From an uncultured delta proteobacterium (GTDB lineage: Bacteria; Desulfobacterota; BSN033; UBA1163), in contig CAWHGS010000011.1 of NCBI GenBank assembly GCA_963828805.1, positions 22,212 to 86,211 of the forward strand: 64,000 bases of DNA, given 5' to 3'. Shown here piece by piece: positions 57,237 to 64,000 of this stretch (the stretch's first letter is position 1; each line of letters opens with the position of its first letter). Both the position numbers and the translations under genes were made by a program. The notes under the pieces are model-generated. The model searched no databases, was not told the DNA's origin, and saw only the letters and a program-made list of their open reading frames with translations.

Positions 57237-58098
57237 TTCACCACCTGCCGTAATAAGTCGACCCAGAAGGACCGAGGCCATTAACCTTCGGTAGTCAAGG
57301 CTCGCACGAATATCTGTAATCGGATGAATCTCCGTTTGAATCTTTTCACAACATTTCGCAATGAGCTTTCCTCGTTATTTCATGACCCATCAACATCTCT
57401 TCAACGCCGTAAGCCCTGATCGGAGTCGGCGAAACAGCTCCCAGTCCGATCCGGGCCTTTTTACAGACTCCCTCTCTCCATCTCCACCAGAACGGCCACA
57501 CTGACCACAGAGATGGCCATTGCATTCCTCAATCCAAACTTGGTGTAGGCCATCCTGGCAGAAGGCTTCGGTTTAGGAAGGATGATCTCCCGGATGAGCT
57601 CATCTCCCCTGAGGGCGGTGCGATTCGGCCCTAAGAAGAATTCATGGATCGGGACTCTGTCTTGGCTTGCCATCTCCCTTCTCGATAGTCAACATAGCGT
57701 CTAGGACAAGAAGGGGCGGAGCCGTGTCCGCTGCCGGCGACGCATCCGCAAGATTGCCGGCAATCGTGGCCCTGTTTCTGACCAAAGGATTCCCGATCTG
57801 ACGGGCCGCATCAGACAGAACCGATGCATGTTTCTGAATGATCTTCGAAGAGGCGATCTCCGAAAGGGTGGTAAACGCTCCAATTCGGACCTCGATGCTT
57901 CTCCTCCTTAATATACGAGAGGGTCTTGAGATGGCTGAGGTCGATGAGGATCTCTGGTTGAATCGCTCTGGCCCTCAAATCGGGCACAACATTCGTCCCT
58001 CCCGCAACAATCTCCGCCCGGTTTCTCCATCTCTTCATCAGCTTGAGGGCGTCCTTCATATTCTGAGGCCTGATGTATTCCATTCTGTCACTCCCCAT
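57237..58098 (-). CDS. Xanthine dehydrogenase family FAD-binding medium subunit (set 2), 3 fragments
   Basis: MEYIRPQNMKDALKLM...AGGTNV N-terminus; C-terminal ITDIRASLDYRRLMASVLL matches the set-1 homolog DIRSTVEYRREVAKVIV. Confidence 0.7.
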
Positions 58099-59362
58099 CT
58101 TTCCTTTTGATCGTTATTAATCCGTTTTCCAGCTTCCCTTCTTTTCGAACGGATTGGGCTTCAGGAAGAATATCCTTGGGATGAAAAGCTCTCGGAGCAC
58201 CTTCAAATCTCGTAACTGAGGCGATTCCAACAATATCAACCCCATTCTTCCGGGCAAACTCTTTTATCTTTTTTTCATGTCGGCCCTTCCATGCCTTTGG
58301 CACCTCTACAAAAAATGGTCGCACCCCACCACACTCTTGATACTTCATTCTTCTCTGCCGAATATCTCGAGGGGTTGCCCCAGTCCCATTTCCTTGGCCT
58401 TTTGATAATAGAGAAAACCAATCATGATATCGCTTATGGCAAAGCCACGGTGCCAGAAAAGAATCCGTTCTTCCGGGGTTTCTCTCCCCGGTTTCGCGGC
58501 AGGCCACGATCTCTCCAATCTCTCCGTAGAGGTGACGCTCGGTAAGCTGGCCAGAAGAAATCAGAGGATAAAGTTGCCCGCCTTCGCAACACTGTTTCCA
58601 GTCATCCACCACAAGCTTATCGACCACGAACGGGATCTGTGGATCAATCGACATCACCCAGCCATAGGGGACCAACAAAACTCCTGGTTTGAGCCAATCC
58701 CGATGGATAAGTACTTCCGATGTCTCAAGGCGCGTTGAATCGACGACGATATCCGCATCCTTTACTGCCTCCTCATAGGAATTAGCACCTCGGGCCGGAA
58801 GTCGATGTTCCTCCTGGAGGTCTTTCACCAGCCGATCACGGGATTCAGCCCGCTTACTGATGACCCGGATCTCTTCGATCGGGAAGAGATGAGACAGCAT
58901 GAGGAGATTGTAACGCGCTGTTCCTCTGGCTCCGATATGAGCGATGACCCTTGAATCAGGCCGAGCCAGGTATTTGGCCCCAATCGCCGTAACCGCTCCT
59001 GTCCTCATCCAGGTCGTCTTGGTCGCTTCAACAATAGCAAAGGGCATACCCGTCTCAGGATGATAGAGCGTAAGAAGTCCTATCTCGGAGGGCAGCTGAT
59101 GGCGGTAATTCAGAACATAATCGCCCACAACCTTTATTCCTGCAACTTCAATGGAGGGAACGTAGCCTTTCAGGATGTTGAAATGACCGCGATATCTCTC
59201 TTCGAGATCGAGGTGAGATTTTGCGGGCAATATGACCCGTTTAAGGCCGTGTTGACGAAGACCTTCTTCAACTGCCTTCAAAACTTCATCCATGGACAGT
59301 TCAATCGAATCGAGGTCCCTCTGATTCAAAAACAGAATCGGCAACGATCGGGAAGAGCCCAT
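58088..59362 (-). CDS. Ornithine cyclodeaminase / mu-crystallin family protein with about 90 aa of unrelated C-terminal extension
   Basis: Rossmann region HIGARGTARYN and overall OCD-family pattern in the first roughly 330 aa; tail ...FARKNGVDIVGIASVTRFEGAPRAFHPKD is not OCD-like. Confidence 0.7.
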   Translation of the reverse strand: MGSSRSLPILFLNQRDLDSIELSMDEVLKAVEEGLRQHGLKRVILPAKSHLDLEERYRGHFNILKGYVPSIEVAGIKVVGDYVLNYRHQLPSEIGLLTLYHPETGMPFAIVEATKTTWMRTGAVTAIGAKYLARPDSRVIAHIGARGTARYNLLMLSHLFPIEEIRVISKRAESRDRLVKDLQEEHRLPARGANSYEEAVKDADIVVDSTRLETSEVLIHRDWLKPGVLLVPYGWVMSIDPQIPFVVDKLVVDDWKQCCEGGQLYPLISSGQLTERHLYGEIGEIVACRETGERNPGRTDSFLAPWLCHKRYHDWFSLLSKGQGNGTGATPRDIRQRRMKYQECGGVRPFFVEVPKAWKGRHEKKIKEFARKNGVDIVGIASVTRFEGAPRAFHPKDILPEAQSVRKEGKLENGLITIKRKDGE

Positions 59363-59546
59363 ATCCGTTCCTTAACTGGCTAATAACCCATGGCCGGGGG
59401 AAGACCTCAAGCCACAAAATATCACCCGGCAAAGGTTTGCCCTACAGCGTCTTCATAGGACGGGATCTTTGATCCGGCCCTGTTCCTAACAAAGTGCATG
59501 GCATACCATTAGGTGGTACGTTCGGGGAACGCACTTACAACATTTT

Positions 59547-60911
59547 CTATATACCCAGCAATTGTTTGACCCTCGCCCTGACATCCTCCGGAATCATACA
59601 GCGCGTGGCCTTCCATCCGGATAGGGGCAGCGTTGCATCAATTCCCATCTTAGCCGTTAAACCCTCCTTTGATGAGGGATCGAGCATGGCCCCCATACAA
59701 TTGGGGATCACAAAAACTCCCTGATCCGCCTGCATCCGCGTCGCCATGGCCCAGAGGACCTCTTCCTCCCGGTGGACATCGATATCGTCATCGACGACGA
59801 CGACGAGCTTCAGGCTTGTATCCTCAGCAAACGCCGAAAAGATTGCGGTCTTCGGCTGGCCCTCAGCAATCTTCTTCATCGACACATAACAGTGAAACCG
59901 GCACGCACCGGAAAATGGAATGGAAACATCTCGAACCGAGGGAACAATCTTGCGCAGAACCTCCAGCATGCGAGGTTCCGCCGGCACACCCAGCATCGCA
60001 TTGTGTTCCTGAGAAAAGCCGGCGACGATGTCTTGAAACAGGGCATCGCGGCGATGAGTGATCGCCTTGACCTTTAGGACATGGCGCGTGGAGTTATGGG
60101 ATGAATAACCCTGTAAACTCTCCGAAGGGGCCCTCATCTTCTCGAACGCCTGCAAGAATCTCACCTTCCAGGATGATCTCTGCCTGGGCGGGGACATCGA
60201 GATCGATCGTTTCGCATGGAATCACTTCAAGGGGTTCGTCGAGAAAACTTCCAGCCACATCGTATTCGTCCACGTCGATCGGTCCTTTCCAAAGACCGGT
60301 CCCGAAATAGAATTAGCGGATGACATCCGATGACTACGGCCACCTCCAGGTTCTTGCCTGCGATCTTCGGCTCGTCGTTGGTAATCCCAGAGATGGCGCC
60401 GGCTGTGAAGGCTCACGCCCAAGGTGTTTCGATCTTTGAGCTGACACCGATGGAAGCTTGCGTTCCGAATCCCCGTATCCGGGTCTTTGGCAACCACGAT
60501 TCCGGAGGTGATATAGGGTCCTCCATCATCCTGGAAGTGAGTCAGCACCGGCAGACTGCCAAGATCGACTTCGCCGCCCGTCTGGATACAATCCTTAATC
60601 GGTGCCTCTTTGACAGCCCTGGGAGGAATGACCCGTTGGGATCGCAGAAACCATTCCGCCATGATCTTGTCTTCTGTTGTCCCGAGGGCAAGGGCATAAC
60701 GTTTCCTCGTTCCCAGAACATTCGTGACGACAGGAAACTTAGCCCCTTTAAGGCTTTCGAAGATGAAAACCGGATGCTTACCCTTCTTCGCCAATTCATC
60801 AATATAGGCAGTCGGTTCGTAACGGAGATCCAGGACTTCTTTCACCATCAGAAGATCGCCGGGCGTCTCTTTTGACACCCGGTCGATAAACGTTCTTAGA
60901 TCTGGATTCAT
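59547..60911 (-). CDS. UbiD family (prFMN-dependent) decarboxylase, fragmented
   Basis: ORFs 60222..60911 and 59547..60197; UbiD N-terminal and middle-domain similarity; middle section in a different frame. Confidence 0.75.
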
Positions 60912-61093
60912 GATTGTCTCCTCAGCAATGATTCGTGGCGACTGTCATTGCGAGTGAAGCGAAGCAAGCTCACCATGTTCTGACTCCTTGGGCTTATTTT
61001 CGCATTGGTTAGATTCGCTCGGGCTTACTCTCCTCGCAATTACAGGTTGCAGAGCATTCTTCGCAATTCATTGCATTTTGAAATGATCTCTTT

Positions 61094-62779
61094 CTATCCC
61101 TTTTTCTTCGGAAAACAGAGCTTTCCCTGCTTATCTCTCAAATAGCCGGCTTTCGCGAGAATCGTCTTGGCTTGCTCAAGATCAAATTCCACAAAGGGGA
61201 CTTTCGCGTTGTGCCAGTATTTGTCGCGCGGCGTAATCGGCGTGTTATATCCCGGAATCCCCAACCCTTCATGTGCGACTTTCAGGATCTCCTTTTTCGG
61301 AATGGCATGATGGAGTGCCTTTCGAAATTGAACATCATCAAAGGGCTTCACCTGAACCCTTGGCCGTATTTCGTAGAAGGCATGGTTCTCCGTCACCATA
61401 TGGCCGAGGTTCGGATTCTTGCTCATTTCCACGGCCTGGCTGTAGGGAAGTGCCTCGATGCCGATCAAATCAATCTCTCCGCTTTCGAGCATTCCGACCT
61501 CCGTCTCCAGGGCAGGAACGATGATGTAATAAAAGCCATCCATCTTCGGCTTCGAGAAATGGGCCTTATGGGTCGTGAAGGAATAGACTTCTCCCTTCTT
61601 CCAGTCCTTTAGCGCAAAGGGGCCGCTCCCAATCATCTTCGGATCTTCAAACTCCATAGGCTTGGTCACATTTTCCCAGATGTGCTTCGGAAGGATGTGG
61701 GCCCAGACAAGAGCAGATCCGATATAGGACGCAGAAGGGGCCTTCAGGGAAAGTCGAACCTCTCCTGTGTCTAAAAGCTTTACGCCCTTCAGGTTTTTCG
61801 TCACGATGTCGTACCTTGGGATACTATGCTTTACGAAATATTCGAATGAAAAGGCAGCGTCCTCTGGCGTCACCGGTTTCCCGTCATGGAACTTCATCTC
61901 TTTCCGAATCTTTAGGTCCAGGGTGGTCTTGTCCACCCACTTCCAGGACTCAGCGGCCCACGGGATTACCTTCAAGTCCGGAGAGATCTGGAAGAATCGA
62001 TCGTAAATAAACCGGACGATCCCTTGAGTGGGACCAGCGGCCTGGGTGAAGGGACTCCTCGAAATCAAATCGGTGTCATGGGCCCAACGGAAAACCTTTT
62101 GATCCGTCTTCGGCTCAAGGGAGAGCATATTCCAGGGCGCATTCGGCGCGGAGGGAGGGCTTCCGAGCATATTCACCCAGCCTTTCCATCTCTTTACGTT
62201 GTAAGCCGAGCACAAACTGTGATAGACCGTATACCAGATAGGATGATCCTCTGCAGTCACAGACTGCGCTCTCCAGATGAGATCTTTTCTCTTTTCCATC
62301 TCAAGTTCTTGCTCTTGTTGATCGAGCAGGGCATCCAGTTTGGGACTGACATAATCCCCCCAGTTTCGCCCTCCCTTTTTCGCATTCGTGGAATGATAGA
62401 ATTGGCTCAGCCAGAACCCCGGTTCGTAGCGCTCCGGAAGGGTGGCCCACCGAACATAGGCGAGGTGTTTGTAATCCCTATTGTAAACCTTGGGAATCAA
62501 TGCTGAAGTGGGAATCGGAGTAAAACTTACCTCTAAGCCCAGCTTCCTCCACTGTTCGACAATCAGGCGTGCCCCCTCAACGGCAGTATTCATGTTGTGG
62601 GTGATGATCTCAAGGGAGCCTATGGGTTCTCCGGCTTCCTGTTGAGAAAAGGCCTTCCCTCCCAGAAAATCGCCCAGGAGAATGCTCCCTCCCGCAACCC
62701 CCATGGATTTGATAAAGGTCCGTCGGCTCACTTTCTTTCTTGTTCCCATGGCCTCGTTCTTTTTCTCCCTGCGTTTCAT
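61094..62779 (-). CDS. ABC transporter substrate-binding protein, peptide/nickel (family 5) type, Tat signal
   Basis: 561 aa intact; RRTFIKSMGVAGGSILL twin-arginine signal; SBP_bac_5 architecture. Confidence 0.85.
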   Translation of the reverse strand: MKRREKKNEAMGTRKKVSRRTFIKSMGVAGGSILLGDFLGGKAFSQQEAGEPIGSLEIITHNMNTAVEGARLIVEQWRKLGLEVSFTPIPTSALIPKVYNRDYKHLAYVRWATLPERYEPGFWLSQFYHSTNAKKGGRNWGDYVSPKLDALLDQQEQELEMEKRKDLIWRAQSVTAEDHPIWYTVYHSLCSAYNVKRWKGWVNMLGSPPSAPNAPWNMLSLEPKTDQKVFRWAHDTDLISRSPFTQAAGPTQGIVRFIYDRFFQISPDLKVIPWAAESWKWVDKTTLDLKIRKEMKFHDGKPVTPEDAAFSFEYFVKHSIPRYDIVTKNLKGVKLLDTGEVRLSLKAPSASYIGSALVWAHILPKHIWENVTKPMEFEDPKMIGSGPFALKDWKKGEVYSFTTHKAHFSKPKMDGFYYIIVPALETEVGMLESGEIDLIGIEALPYSQAVEMSKNPNLGHMVTENHAFYEIRPRVQVKPFDDVQFRKALHHAIPKKEILKVAHEGLGIPGYNTPITPRDKYWHNAKVPFVEFDLEQAKTILAKAGYLRDKQGKLCFPKKKG

Positions 62780-62833
62780 GTTCTTACCTCCTTATCGTAA
62801 GTATTTTGCAATGATCTCTGTCAAGTTCCTATT

Positions 62834-63841
62834 TCACCATCTGACAAATGGCACGCGACCCATCGACCCGGACCTGCCTGTCGCAGCCGGGGTTCCTGTT
62901 CTCTGCAGAGGGCCTGGACCTCCAAACAGCGGGGCCAGAACCGGCATCCCTGCGGAAGGTTGATCGGAGAAGGGGACCTCCCCGGAAATATTCACCCTCG
63001 GTTTGATGTAATCCGGATCAAGCCTGGGAACCGCCATAAAGAGGGCCCGAGAATACGGATGAAGCGGTCTTTCGAGGAGTTCCGGGGTATTTCCGATCTC
63101 AACGATCTTACCGAGATACATGATTCCCGTACGCTGACAGACGTATTGTAATGTGGAAAGATCGTGGGTGATGTAAAGAATAGAAAGCCCCATCTCTCTA
63201 TTCAATTTTTTCAAAAGGTTCAGAATTCCTGCCCGGATGGAGACATCGAGCATGGAAACGGGTTCATCTGCAACGATGAACTTCGGCTTGATGACAATGG
63301 CTCGCGCAATTGCGACTCTTTGCCTCTGTCCCCCGCTCAATTGATGGGGAAATTTATGGGCGAAATTTCCTGCAGGCCTCAATTCCGCCCGCTCCAGGGC
63401 CTCGCATACCTCCCCTCTCTGCTGGCCCTTGGTTACGCTTTTGTAATTCCTCAAAGGCTCGACGACGGTCTGAAATACCGTATACCTGGGATTCAAGGAA
63501 CTGTAGGGATCCTGAAAAATGATCTGGCTCTGTCTGCGGAAATCCCTGATCTCCGATTCATTCAGACTGGCGATGTCCTGACCCTCAAAATCGATCTTTC
63601 CACCTGTTGGCGCCTGGAGTCTTACCAACAATTCCCCAACCGTGCTCTTTCCACATCCACTTTCCCCTGCCAGACCCACGATCTCTCCAGCCATGATCTC
63701 AAAGGATATCCCGTCGACGGCCTTCACAAAGCCAACCGGTTCCCTGAGAAGGGAATGGAAAAAACCCTGATTCACGGGAAAGTATTTTTTCAAGTCGGAA
63801 ACTTTGATCAGATCTGTCATGCCGCGCTCTTGTCCACCCAT
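62834..63841 (-). CDS. ABC transporter ATP-binding protein (oligo/dipeptide OppF/DppF-like)
   Basis: GESGCGKST Walker A, LSGGQRQRVAIARA signature, Walker B DEPVSMLD. Confidence 0.85.
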   Translation of the reverse strand: MGGQERGMTDLIKVSDLKKYFPVNQGFFHSLLREPVGFVKAVDGISFEIMAGEIVGLAGESGCGKSTVGELLVRLQAPTGGKIDFEGQDIASLNESEIRDFRRQSQIIFQDPYSSLNPRYTVFQTVVEPLRNYKSVTKGQQRGEVCEALERAELRPAGNFAHKFPHQLSGGQRQRVAIARAIVIKPKFIVADEPVSMLDVSIRAGILNLLKKLNREMGLSILYITHDLSTLQYVCQRTGIMYLGKIVEIGNTPELLERPLHPYSRALFMAVPRLDPDYIKPRVNISGEVPFSDQPSAGMPVLAPLFGGPGPLQRTGTPAATGRSGSMGRVPFVRW

Positions 63842-64000
63842 GTCTCATCCATCGTGGCACGCTGCCGGAACTCTTCCACTCTGCCTGGAAAATGACAGGC
63901 CGAGTAATGGCCTGGACCGACTTTGATGAGTCCGGGTTCTTCACAGCATCTCTTTTCCGCAAAAGGACATCGACCCATGAAAAGACACCCTTCCGGCGGG
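63838..64000 (-). CDS. ABC transporter ATP-binding protein (OppD/DppD-like), C-terminal end only; rest is beyond the window
   Basis: Manual translation gives ...CGKEMLCEEPGLIKVGPGHYSACHF, the Cys-rich oligopeptide-ABC C-terminal extension. Confidence 0.55.

Overview
Bacterial chromosome window of 64 kb, moderately GC-rich, gene-dense and mostly minus-strand, probably from a draft or metagenome-assembled genome. The core content is conserved housekeeping operons. These are mreB-mreC-mreD-mrdA for rod shape, ppiD, ggt, gatC-gatA, ruvC-ruvA-ruvB plus yebC, a DEAD-box helicase, ychF, tig-clpP-clpX-lon, and an rnd-containing stretch. There are three tRNA clusters: Asp/Val(TAC) with tRNA-like fragments, Leu(TAG), and Lys/Arg/His, plus a lone tRNA-Val(CAC). 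Accessory content: a Phd/YefM–RelE/ParE toxin-antitoxin pair with a Fic protein next to tRNA-Val(CAC); an amidohydrolase/LarA-like/SDR trio; an SPL-family radical SAM / ParB-like / GT2 glycosyltransferase trio; a TetR-regulated RND efflux operon (adaptor, RND permease, TolC-like); a vWA lipoprotein, a secreted BNR/Ycf48-like beta-propeller protein and a TolB-like/TPR membrane protein with an unassigned N-terminal domain; and a block of two tandem paralogous xanthine-dehydrogenase-family enzymes (2Fe-2S, FAD and Mo subunits) followed by an ornithine-cyclodeaminase-family gene, a UbiD-family decarboxylase and a peptide-type ABC importer. Almost every gene longer than about 500 bp, including essential ones, is split across two to eight frames in the ORF track. 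This points to indel errors in the assembly rather than pseudogenes, so CDS are reported as merged spans. Several families of short GC-rich palindromic (REP-like) repeats recur in intergenic regions and inside truncated tRNA-like copies. No CRISPR array, rRNA, integrase or transposase was recognised.
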